Counted from the first letter of the stretch, positions 9,750 to 17,567 are shown. The stretch is DNA of 64,000 nucleotides from Bacteroidales bacterium (GCA_046481675.1 JAWOJJ010000011.1:1586-65585); one strand, 5' to 3'. Made by a program: numbers and translations. The notes: a model not told the origin generated them from the letters alone.

Positions 9750-10973
9750 TTACTCCGGGTTATTCTGTGCCGAATATATTTCTTTCAAATCCTTTTCAAA
9801 AATGGTGAATGTATCCCGCTCAAAGGCAATAAAATCAGCAGCACTTTTATGTCCGGTAAAAGGGGTGTAATAATGCTTCCTGTTGGCATTTCTCCAAACC
9901 ATGAGATAGGAAATATTCCTGGCCAGTGAATCTTCCCTGATTGATTTGAGCAGAAATTGAGTCCACCAGTTTTTTACAGGTATGCCGCTAAATCCGCATT
10001 CGGTTAGCGCTGCTATTTTCTTCCTCGCGTTGGCCATGTTAACCAGCATCCTTAACTGGGCAACCCCGTTGAACACAGATGAGCCACTCTGGAAATCCCA
10101 GTAATTTTCACAACCTAATATATCTACCCACTCGTTACCCGGAAATCGCTCGAGGTATTGCAGCTCACTCTCGAACATGTCCGTGGAATAGGCGTATATC
10201 AGGTTGTGCACGTGCAGGGAATCACGCAGGTAGGATATGGTAAATCTCCACAGATCAATATATTCAGAAGGCAGGCAGCGGCCTTTTCCCCACCAGAACC
10301 AGTTTCCGTTATTCTCGTGAAACGGTCTGAAGATCACCGGAACATGGTTGCCCTGTTCATTTTTAAGTGAAAGAAAGAAACCAGCTATTTTTTGTAATTC
10401 TGATTTGTAAAAATCCGACAGGATACTGTCAGGAAGTATCTTGCTTAAAGCCGGTGTCACATCCCATGCTGTACCGCCTGTAACAGGATTATTCAGGTGC
10501 CAGCTTACCGTATTGATTCCTCCCCGGTCAAAGGCTTCTATCATTCTTTTGCGGATCAATTGAAAAGGGATGCTGTCAATATTATCTTCTTTACCGGCTC
10601 CGCCAATTTCCCATCCATAAAGAGCAGGATGTGTGCCGGTGAGATCCTTTACATCTGATTTATTATCCGGAAATTTCCAGTCGACTCCGGTAAGAGTCGC
10701 ATCCTGCTGCCCGAATATGATTCCTTTGCTTTTCAGTTTATTCAGATTAATCAGCAATGCTTTGGCCTCAGGCGTCAGCAGTGAATCAACCGGTCTGTCA
10801 AATACAGGCAGATCAACAAATGTTTCAGGTAATGCACCCGTATCTTTTGTTTCAGTGGGTTTGCATGAAATGAAAAGGGCAGCAGTCAGTAAGATCCCGA
10901 ATAAACAGCAGTGACCTGGAGCGGATTGGAAAGTGCCGGGTAAAATCTTTTGAATTATGCCTGTCATGTTCAT
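9750..10973 (-). CDS. Glycoside hydrolase family 26 (endo-beta-1,4-mannanase-like), probable lipoprotein
   Basis: FRPFHENNGNWFWWGKG (the GH26 catalytic-acid signature), TVSWHLNNP, and ALTECGF (nucleophile Glu). The N-terminus has a lipobox, LFISC. Confidence 0.8.
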   Translation of the reverse strand: MNMTGIIQKILPGTFQSAPGHCCLFGILLTAALFISCKPTETKDTGALPETFVDLPVFDRPVDSLLTPEAKALLINLNKLKSKGIIFGQQDATLTGVDWKFPDNKSDVKDLTGTHPALYGWEIGGAGKEDNIDSIPFQLIRKRMIEAFDRGGINTVSWHLNNPVTGGTAWDVTPALSKILPDSILSDFYKSELQKIAGFFLSLKNEQGNHVPVIFRPFHENNGNWFWWGKGRCLPSEYIDLWRFTISYLRDSLHVHNLIYAYSTDMFESELQYLERFPGNEWVDILGCENYWDFQSGSSVFNGVAQLRMLVNMANARKKIAALTECGFSGIPVKNWWTQFLLKSIREDSLARNISYLMVWRNANRKHYYTPFTGHKSAADFIAFERDTFTIFEKDLKEIYSAQNNPE

Positions 10974-11141
10974 ATAAGATATTCTGATTTGACTGAAGGC
11001 TAATTTAGAACAAATCGTTAAAATGAGAAAACAAAAAGCCTATTTGCAAGTATTGGGTATACTATCATAAAAAAATTGTAAATTTAGTGGGTTAAGAAGA
11101 GATTAATAAGTTGCCAGACAAACTTTGAAAAACCATCGGAG

Positions 11142-11561
11142 ATGAAAAATGCAATTGCGGAATCCGGAAAATTATCCTGGCTAAAAGATATTACCATTCT
11201 GATAGCTGAAGATGAGCCTACTAATTTCAGACTTCTCACTGCCATGCTGAAATCATCTGGAGGTAAAATTCATTGGGCGCAGGATGGTCAGGAAGCGGTA
11301 AGTTTTATAAAAAACAAACCCTCTGAAGAAAAGTGTCTTGTGTTGATGGATATAAAAATGCCTATAATTAACGGATATGAAGCTACAAGGCGGATCAAAA
11401 TGATTGATGAGAACATACTGGTGATTGCAGTTACTGCTTATGCTCATTCGGGTGACAGGGAGAAAATTTCCGGTGCCAAATTTGACGGCTTTATTGCCAA
11501 GCCATTTAATCTGGATATGTTGTACTCTGTTTTGTCCAGGTTCTCTTCTTCTTTTGAATGA
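11142..11561 (+). CDS. Stand-alone response-regulator receiver protein (CheY-like)
   Basis: ILIAEDEPTN (acidic pocket), LVLMDIKMP (phospho-Asp), AVTAYA and IAKP. There is no output domain. Confidence 0.85.
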   Translation: MKNAIAESGKLSWLKDITILIAEDEPTNFRLLTAMLKSSGGKIHWAQDGQEAVSFIKNKPSEEKCLVLMDIKMPIINGYEATRRIKMIDENILVIAVTAYAHSGDREKISGAKFDGFIAKPFNLDMLYSVLSRFSSSFE

Positions 11562-11817
11562 AACCGGAATAAAGCAAAGAATCAGGTTGCTGCAGCCCTG
11601 TTATCCGGCACAAAAGTAATTCATTAAAAACATCAGCGAGGATCTGTATTTTCTGTGGATTTGTTCAAGTTCATCGTGCGTTTACCTGATGAGAACCCCA
11701 TTGAAAAGCACAGTAAGATGTAGATCAATAATCTTATTTTTTGTAGTTTTATCCGGCAAATTGATAACAAAACCCATAAATATGAAAGATAACCAGAACA
11801 ACCAAACCAGGAAAACA

Positions 11818-13659
11818 ATGAAACGTGGATTTGCCGCGTTTTTTATGTTGATTTCGTTGTTGCTGAATGCTGTTGCTCAGCCTTCAGGCGGACCTTATGG
11901 CCCGGTACAGCAGAAATATGAATTGCCCAGAGTAACCGGAAAGTTATTTTATGTTGCCCCGGATGGCAAAGCGGAATCATCAGGGAATCAAATATCTCAG
12001 CCAACTACTATTGAGCAGGCCTTAGCCAAAGCCGAAAGCGGAGACGCGATCATCCTTCGCGGAGGCACTTACCGTACCGGCGACCTGGAATTCAACCAGG
12101 GCATTACCATTCAGCCCTATGCTGATGAACAGCCGGTTTTAAAAGGTACACTCGAAGCTAAGGAATGGAGGAGAATAGGGGGAGGTATGTGGAAAACCAC
12201 CTGGAAAAAATTATTCCAGGCTTATCCCGACGATTGGTGGACCCGCGACTGGTACGGCTGGAATACACCTTTGCATTTATTCAACAATGATATGGTTTTT
12301 GTTGACGGCAAATTGCTCAATTCGGCAGGATGGGAAGGTGACGTGGATGAAAATTCATTTTATATCGATTACAAAACCGGTTCGGTGTATCTGGGTATTA
12401 ATCCTGAAAACCACCTGGTGGAAATTACCGCGTTTAACCATGGCTTTCGCAGGGTTGTAAAGGATGTAAACGGAAAGAAAAATGATCACAAAGGGGTTGT
12501 CATGCGGGGTTTAACGCTTACGCAATATGCATATTGCGCTTTTGAAATTGACGGTTATGAACCACAGGCACTGGCTGACCCGGCAACTTTTGGTAAAGAC
12601 GTGGTGGGAAGTGTTATTGAAAACTGCACCTTTTCATATTGCGGCAGGGTAGGGGTTTACCTTCGTGGCGATAATACCGTATTACGCAACTGCAATGTTC
12701 ACCATACCACCACCGAAGGTGTGTACCTGCTTTCTTCATCGGATTGCCTGTTGGAAAAAAATATGTTTTCACAAAACAATATTGAAGATATCAACGGATA
12801 TTATCCGGCTGCAGTGAAGATTTTTAACCAAACCCACCGGGTTACCTGTAAGGACAATCTGGTTTATGATCTTCCGATATCCAACGGTATCTGGTATGAC
12901 GTGGGTAATATTGACGGACGTTTCATTAACAATTGGGTTGTTAATGTGGGAACCAATAAAGGAAAATTCGGAGATCAGCGTAAAATGTGGTCTAATTATA
13001 ACGGATTCTTTTTTGAGATTTCCAAAGGTGCCACAGTAGCCGGTAATGTTTTTGAGGACTGCGACCAGGCTATTTTTGCGCTGAACAGTTCCAATGTGGA
13101 GATGTATCAGAATACATTTATCAACAGCACCGTATGCATTGGTCGCGATAAGCGAAGTGCACAGGGAGACCATTTCGGATGGCACCCAAGCACGGGCCCC
13201 GATGTAGATGAGCGTTTCGGGCATGTTTTTGTGAACAACCTGATGGTGGGAGACGTGAATTTTGTGAAACCATTGATGCTCGTATATCAGCATAAGGATC
13301 TTTGCGAAAAGCTGAATACAACACCCCTGAAAAGGTTTGATTACAACGTGTTTGTTGAAGACATCAACAGCGGATATGATACGCTCATGAGTCATATGCC
13401 CGCTGCTAAGCCGGAATGCGTTGAAAAGCTGGTAACCCTGGATGAATTGAAAGGATTGTTTGAAGGATCATCAGCAAACAGCAAAGTTTATAAAGGCTTC
13501 AACATACCTGTTTTCAAATCACTTGAACTGGGGAACTACGATCTGAACAAGGCATTCGCGGGTGCAAATGCTGCTACCGTTTTACCTGCAGAAGTTCAGA
13601 AGCTATTGGGATTACCTGCTAAATACAAACCGTATATTGGAGCATATTCTGTTAAGTAG
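11818..13659 (+). CDS. Secreted right-handed parallel beta-helix repeat protein (pectate-lyase fold)
   Basis: The track ORF starts at 11689, but a signal peptide (MKRGFAAFFMLISLLLNAVAQ) begins at the Met at 11818; an alternative Met is at 11782. AESGDAIILRGGTYRTGDLEF and repeated N/G/V-rich ~22-aa turns (NCTFSYCGRVGVYLRGDNTVLRNCNVHHTTTEGVYL) fit a beta-helix. Confidence 0.65.
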   Translation: MKRGFAAFFMLISLLLNAVAQPSGGPYGPVQQKYELPRVTGKLFYVAPDGKAESSGNQISQPTTIEQALAKAESGDAIILRGGTYRTGDLEFNQGITIQPYADEQPVLKGTLEAKEWRRIGGGMWKTTWKKLFQAYPDDWWTRDWYGWNTPLHLFNNDMVFVDGKLLNSAGWEGDVDENSFYIDYKTGSVYLGINPENHLVEITAFNHGFRRVVKDVNGKKNDHKGVVMRGLTLTQYAYCAFEIDGYEPQALADPATFGKDVVGSVIENCTFSYCGRVGVYLRGDNTVLRNCNVHHTTTEGVYLLSSSDCLLEKNMFSQNNIEDINGYYPAAVKIFNQTHRVTCKDNLVYDLPISNGIWYDVGNIDGRFINNWVVNVGTNKGKFGDQRKMWSNYNGFFFEISKGATVAGNVFEDCDQAIFALNSSNVEMYQNTFINSTVCIGRDKRSAQGDHFGWHPSTGPDVDERFGHVFVNNLMVGDVNFVKPLMLVYQHKDLCEKLNTTPLKRFDYNVFVEDINSGYDTLMSHMPAAKPECVEKLVTLDELKGLFEGSSANSKVYKGFNIPVFKSLELGNYDLNKAFAGANAATVLPAEVQKLLGLPAKYKPYIGAYSVK

Positions 13660-13685
13660 TCCGGAGAAGGATCTGAGGTGGCAGC

Positions 13686-14711
13686 ATGAGTGAGGGCCAG
13701 CTGAATATTGAAGACTTTTTATCCAGAAGCAGGGAGTGTCCGGTAATCGACGTCCGGTCTCCCGGAGAATTTGAACACGGCCATATTCCGGGAGCAATCA
13801 ATATTCCGATCTTTAGTAATGAGGAAAGGTCAGCGGTTGGAACACTCTACGTGAACAGGGGGTCTACAGATGCCATGATGAAGGGACTGGAAATTGTTGG
13901 TCCCAGAATGAAGGAATATGCTGAATTTGCGCTACGCATTGCTCCCCGCCGCGAGGCTCTGATGCATTGCTGGAGGGGAGGGATGCGGAGCAACAGCATG
14001 GCCTGGCTTTTTAATACAACAGGTGTAAAAACCTATACGTTATCTGGTGGATACAAGAGTTATCGCACCTATGTCAGAAATTACCTCTCAACTCCGCTGA
14101 AACTTGTTGTTATTGGCGGAATGACAGGCTCCGGCAAAACCGATGTACTTGAATATCTCGAATCACAAGGCGAGCAAATCATTCATCTTGAGCGTCTTGC
14201 CCGGCACAAGGGTTCGGTCTTCGGAGGTGTCGGAATGCCATCGCAACCCACTACGGAGCAATTTGAGAATGATTTGTTTGCCCGGCTTGTGGAACTGGAT
14301 CCACTAAAGCCTGTGTATGTTGAAAATGAAAGTCTGTTAATCGGCCGGGTTTTTATTCCCAAACCATTTTTTGAGCAAATGTCCGCTGCACCACTGGTTA
14401 AACTTTGTGTTCCTTTCGGGCGGCGTGTTTCGCAGCTTGTAAATACATATACATTAGGTGACCGGCAGCTGCTGGTTGAAGGCGTGAAAAGGATTGAACG
14501 CCGTCTGGGATTGGAAAATACAGCCAGGGCCATTGAACAAATTCAGAACGGAAACATGACAGCGGCAGTGGAAATTGCTTTGAAATATTACGACAGGATA
14601 TACTCACGGGCAAAGGAAATACCAAACCGAAAAGTTACGGAAGTGAAAATTGAACAGGAAAGCGTCCGGGAGATTGCAGAACGGCTAATTTCAATTAGTA
14701 ATAGAATTTAG
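13686..14711 (+). CDS. selU: tRNA 2-selenouridine(34) synthase (rhodanese + P-loop)
   Basis: Rhodanese domain IDVRSPGEFEHGHIPGAINIP with active-site loop HCWRGGMRS. A Walker A site follows (IGGMTGSGKT). Confidence 0.9.
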   Translation: MSEGQLNIEDFLSRSRECPVIDVRSPGEFEHGHIPGAINIPIFSNEERSAVGTLYVNRGSTDAMMKGLEIVGPRMKEYAEFALRIAPRREALMHCWRGGMRSNSMAWLFNTTGVKTYTLSGGYKSYRTYVRNYLSTPLKLVVIGGMTGSGKTDVLEYLESQGEQIIHLERLARHKGSVFGGVGMPSQPTTEQFENDLFARLVELDPLKPVYVENESLLIGRVFIPKPFFEQMSAAPLVKLCVPFGRRVSQLVNTYTLGDRQLLVEGVKRIERRLGLENTARAIEQIQNGNMTAAVEIALKYYDRIYSRAKEIPNRKVTEVKIEQESVREIAERLISISNRI

Positions 14712-14733
14712 GCTGTAGGCTGTAGGCTGTAGG
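14709..14733. repeat. Heptamer tandem repeat (TAGGCTG) x3.5 that starts on the selU stop codon
   Basis: Read directly: TAG GCTG TAG GCTG TAG GCTG TAG G. TAG triplets lie at 14709, 14716, 14723 and 14730. Confidence 0.9.
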
Positions 14734-14795
14734 ATTGTTGTTACTCAATACCGATTTGCATGTTGAAATAATTTAATCATTGAAATACTTAATTC

Positions 14796-15827
14796 ATGAA
14801 TAGCACTGAAATCCGACTTACGCAATTCAGTCCGGGTGCCGGATGCGGCTGTAAAATCTCACCTGCCGATCTTAGTGAAATTATAACCAAAGTCCCGGAT
14901 AACTCGCAATTCAAGTCGTTGCTGGTTGGCTGTAATTCACGCGATGACGCAGCTGTTTATGATTTGGGAAACGGCGAGGCAGTGATCAGCACCACTGATT
15001 TTTTTACACCCATCGTGGACGATCCGTGGGATTTTGGCAGAATTGCCGCGGCCAATGCCATAAGCGATATTTACGCCATGGGGGGTAGGCCGCTGATGGC
15101 CATTTCTATCCTGGGCTGGCCACTGGACAAGCTTCCGGCAGCTGTTGCGGGCAGGGTAATTGAAGGTGCGGCTGACCTTTGTCAAACTGCCGGAATACCT
15201 TTGGCAGGAGGTCATAGTATTGATATTTCCGATCCGGTATTCGGACTATCGGTAACCGGCATTGTAAAAAAGGAGCATGTCAGGAGGAACAACACAGCCA
15301 CGGAAGGATGCCGTCTTTTTCTTTCAAAACCGCTGGGCATTGGGATATATAGCACTGCATCAAAAAAGAACTTTCTGAATAATGAGGATTACCTGGTTTC
15401 GGTCAATTGGATGACCCGGCTCAATGATGCCGGAAGCGAACTGGGAAAACTTGATTGCGTGAAGGCCATGACCGATGTCACCGGGTTCGGTTTGCTGGGT
15501 CACCTGCTGGAAATATGCGAGGGAAGCGGGTTAAAAGCCCGTCTTCGCTTCAACAACATTCCCGTGCTCGATAACCTGAAGTATTACCTGGGTAAAAACT
15601 GCATACCCGGCGGAACCTATCGCAACTGGAAAAGTTACGGCACTAAGATTGGTGAAATGGACGAATTTCAGAAAATGGTGCTTGCGGACCCGCAAACAAG
15701 TGGAGGATTGCTGGTGGCAGTAGCTGAAAATGCACACGAATTTGATCTCCTGGCCGCAAAGTATGGGCTCAGTGAGATCGGCCTTCTTGAAAATGCCGGA
15801 TCTGATCCGGTCATCACAGTTGAATAG
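14796..15827 (+). CDS. selD: Selenide, water dikinase (selenophosphate synthetase), Cys-type
   Basis: N-terminal SPGAGCGCKISP (Cys, not Sec, at the catalytic position), then DDAAVYD and an AIR-synthase-like fold (TDVTGFGLLGH). Confidence 0.9.
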   Translation: MNSTEIRLTQFSPGAGCGCKISPADLSEIITKVPDNSQFKSLLVGCNSRDDAAVYDLGNGEAVISTTDFFTPIVDDPWDFGRIAAANAISDIYAMGGRPLMAISILGWPLDKLPAAVAGRVIEGAADLCQTAGIPLAGGHSIDISDPVFGLSVTGIVKKEHVRRNNTATEGCRLFLSKPLGIGIYSTASKKNFLNNEDYLVSVNWMTRLNDAGSELGKLDCVKAMTDVTGFGLLGHLLEICEGSGLKARLRFNNIPVLDNLKYYLGKNCIPGGTYRNWKSYGTKIGEMDEFQKMVLADPQTSGGLLVAVAENAHEFDLLAAKYGLSEIGLLENAGSDPVITVE

Positions 15828-15858
15828 CATTTTATAAAAAAATCACGGGTATAAAACC

Positions 15859-15971
15859 CCAAAGTAAGCTTTGGAAACTAATTCCGCAGCAGAGCTGCGG
15901 GGTATTATACCCTCCGACTTCGTCGGGATTGTTCGACTTACAAATTTCAGTTCGCTCACTCCTGAAATTTG
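15859..15971. other. Cluster of consecutive short palindromes/stem-loops between the convergent genes selD and hsp20
   Basis: Read directly. The elements are ccaaag-taag-ctttgg (15859-15874), ccgcag-cagag-ctgcgg (15884-15900), the palindrome gggtat-t-ataccc (15900-15912), ccgac-ttc-gtcgg (15914-15926), and a perfect 10-bp stem caaatttcag/ctgaaatttg with an 11-nt loop (15941-15971). Confidence 0.6.
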
Positions 15972-15980
15972 AGTCTCACG

Positions 15981-16016
15981 AATAAAGCCCCGGTATTTCA
16001 ATTACAACACCGGGGC
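15981..16016 (-). terminator. Rho-independent terminator of hsp20
   Basis: 8-bp GC-rich stem gccccggt (15987-15994) / accggggc (16009-16016). On the minus strand it is followed by TTTATT (the plus-strand aataaa at 15981-15986). It lies 12 nt after the hsp20 stop. Confidence 0.65.
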
Positions 16017-16027
16017 TGATGATATGG

Positions 16028-16477
16028 TTATTCAACGACTATTGACTGCGCAGGCTTCCTGACATAAGCCTCTTTCTTGGCAAGGCTTACGTATAGAATT
16101 CCGTTTTCATACCTGGCAGCAATCTTTTCTGAATCCACCTTGTTGCCTGTTTTGAATACACGGGAAGCTCCCGAATAGTCAAACTCCTGCAGGCTGTATT
16201 TTTCTTCACTGTTTTGCTCATCCTGCCTGTTTACACTGATATGCAAATAACCGTTCTCATGTTTGATTTCAATATCTTCTTTGTTGACTCCGGGTAGCGC
16301 CATTTCAACCAGATATTCCTGGTCGGTTTCGGAAATATTGGCGGCCGGAACATGCTCACTGTTGCAACCACAATTGTTGTTGTTATTGAAATGCCGCATG
16401 AGCTGATTGTAAGCTTCGGCGGAGTTCTCATCCCGGTTGGCGGAATTATACGGACTGTAAAATCTGATGTATGCCAT
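16028..16477 (-). CDS. Hsp20/alpha-crystallin family small heat-shock protein
   Basis: Alpha-crystallin domain YLVEMALPGVNKEDIEIKHENGYLHISV...ARYENGILYVSLAKK. Confidence 0.9.
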   Translation of the reverse strand: MAYIRFYSPYNSANRDENSAEAYNQLMRHFNNNNNCGCNSEHVPAANISETDQEYLVEMALPGVNKEDIEIKHENGYLHISVNRQDEQNSEEKYSLQEFDYSGASRVFKTGNKVDSEKIAARYENGILYVSLAKKEAYVRKPAQSIVVE

Positions 16478-16603
16478 ATTGTTGATTTTTATTGGTTTTT
16501 AAAATTGATTGCTGAATGGTATTTTTCAATTTTAATGCCATTGCTGTAAAGCAGACAATGTGGCAGTTTTTGGTGAGTATGTATGTCATTTCGACATGGC
16601 TGC

Positions 16604-16715
16604 AAGAGCCAAGAGCCAAGAATCAAGAGCCAAGAGCCAAGAGCCAAAAGCCAAAAGCCAAAAGCCAAAAGCTAACAGCTAACAGCCAACAGCTAAAGGC
16701 TAAAGGCTAAAGGCT
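16604..16715. repeat. 16-unit heptamer tandem array with stepwise unit drift; it overlaps the wbqC stop codon
   Basis: Hand-parsed units: AAGAGCC x2, AAGAATC, AAGAGCC x3, AAAAGCC x3, AAAAGCT, AACAGCT, AACAGCC, AACAGCT, AAAGGCT x3 (16 x 7 = 112 bp). The last units encode the final codons of wbqC and its TAG stop (complement of 16707-16709). Confidence 0.9.
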
Positions 16716-17336
16716 GCATTCCTTCAATACCTCTCTGGCCCTCGGCCCTTCGTTAAAAAGCAGGTCAATAGCACTCAGGTTGGAAATAAATCCATAACGT
16801 TCCTGGAACACCTGCTGATAGGGTATGAGTTTAAAACCGGGGTCGGGCATATTTAGCCTGTCCTTGGGGTGTATGCTGTTTCTGAAGTCTGCACCATTGT
16901 CACCATTTTTCTCAAAGTTGGTTGTAGGCAATGGCGTGCCCGGAATTTGGAATGTTTTCAGCAGAAAGTTGAGCAAATCCATGTTCCATTCATATAAAAA
17001 ACGGGTCCTGCGGGTATAAAACGTGTTGAAGTTATCGGCATAATATTCATAAAAAGCCGAAAGCCGGTAAGCTGATTCGATTGATTTCAGGTGAATTTTC
17101 TGCCAGTTTGTGGCATAGTCTATTTCAACCTCAGCAATGGGCATTTTATCCCCATGCATCTTCTTTACGGGAATCACCAGGCATTGCCTGCCATTGGCAC
17201 CATATATACAGCAACGGTTGCGGTACGATTGTTTCTGGTAATGCTCATGCTTTTCAATAAAAACATCGTCTCCGTATAAAAATTTGGAGAGGTACTGAAC
17301 GGGTGGGAGGTAAGCGGTGGAGAGAAGCAGGGACAT
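16707..17336 (-). CDS. WbqC-family protein
   Basis: LSTAYLPPVQYLSKF...IEKHEHYQKQSYRNRCCIYGANGRQCLVIPV is the characteristic WbqC-like N-terminus. Confidence 0.75.
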   Translation of the reverse strand: MSLLLSTAYLPPVQYLSKFLYGDDVFIEKHEHYQKQSYRNRCCIYGANGRQCLVIPVKKMHGDKMPIAEVEIDYATNWQKIHLKSIESAYRLSAFYEYYADNFNTFYTRRTRFLYEWNMDLLNFLLKTFQIPGTPLPTTNFEKNGDNGADFRNSIHPKDRLNMPDPGFKLIPYQQVFQERYGFISNLSAIDLLFNEGPRAREVLKECSL

Positions 17337-17342
17337 GGGAGA

Positions 17343-17446
17343 TTTGTTGATTTGATGATTTGTTGATTTGTTGATTTGATGATTTGTTGATTTGAGAATT
17401 TGAGAATTTGAAAATTTGAGAATTTGCTAATATGTTAATTTGAAAT
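17343..17446. repeat. 13-unit octamer tandem array (TTTGnnrA), beginning 7 nt upstream of the wbqC start codon
   Basis: Hand-parsed: tttgttga, tttgatga, tttgttga, tttgttga, tttgatga, tttgttga, tttgagaa, tttgagaa, tttgaaaa, tttgagaa, tttgctaa, tatgttaa, tttgaaat. Confidence 0.9.
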
Positions 17447-17476
17447 ATTTCTATTGTTGAAAAATTGAATCTTCAG

Positions 17477-17520
17477 GTCTTTAAAGTCTTTAAGTCATTA
17501 AAGTCCTTTTTGTCCTTTTT
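17477..17520. repeat. Five-unit 8-9-mer tandem array (GTCTTTAAA-like)
   Basis: gtctttaaa, gtctttaa, gtcattaaa, gtccttttt, gtccttttt, read directly. Confidence 0.8.
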
Positions 17521-17525
17521 ATGCA

Positions 17526-17567
17526 AACACCGAACACCGAACATTAAGCACCCTACAGCCTACAGCC
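17526..17567. repeat. Heptamer-phased array (AACACCG x2 ... TACAGCC x2) overlapping the larB stop codon
   Basis: aacaccg, aacaccg, aacatta, agcaccc, tacagcc, tacagcc. On the larB coding strand this reads ...AGG CTG TAG GCTGTAG G..., the same GGCTGTA unit found after selU. Confidence 0.8.

Noticed and set aside
11689-11817. The N-terminal 43 codons of the track ORF for the beta-helix protein
   Set aside because: A canonical signal peptide begins at the Met at 11818 (MKRGFAAFFMLISLLLNAVAQ). The upstream extension is basic and hydrophobic with no function, and it probably lies in the promoter/leader.
12769-13395. A 208-aa minus-strand ORF inside the beta-helix gene. Similar long antisense ORFs occur at 47219..47851 (-, in the sensor kinase), 53620..54240 (+, in pyrG) and 9242..9658 (-, in the Fe-ADH gene).
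   Set aside because: Each is antisense to a gene with unambiguous family motifs. None has motifs of its own.
16516-16710. A 64-aa plus-strand ORF encoding the repetitive peptide QEPRAKNQEPRAKSQKPKAKSQKLTANSQQLKAKG
   Set aside because: It is simply the translation of the heptamer array. A 7-nt period cycles through all three frames every 21 nt and produces a pseudo-repeat peptide. It also has no plausible start context and overlaps the wbqC 3' end.
14709-17567. The possibility that the short tandem arrays are CRISPR arrays
   Set aside because: The units are 7-9 nt and directly abutting, with no unique spacers. No cas genes are present in the window.
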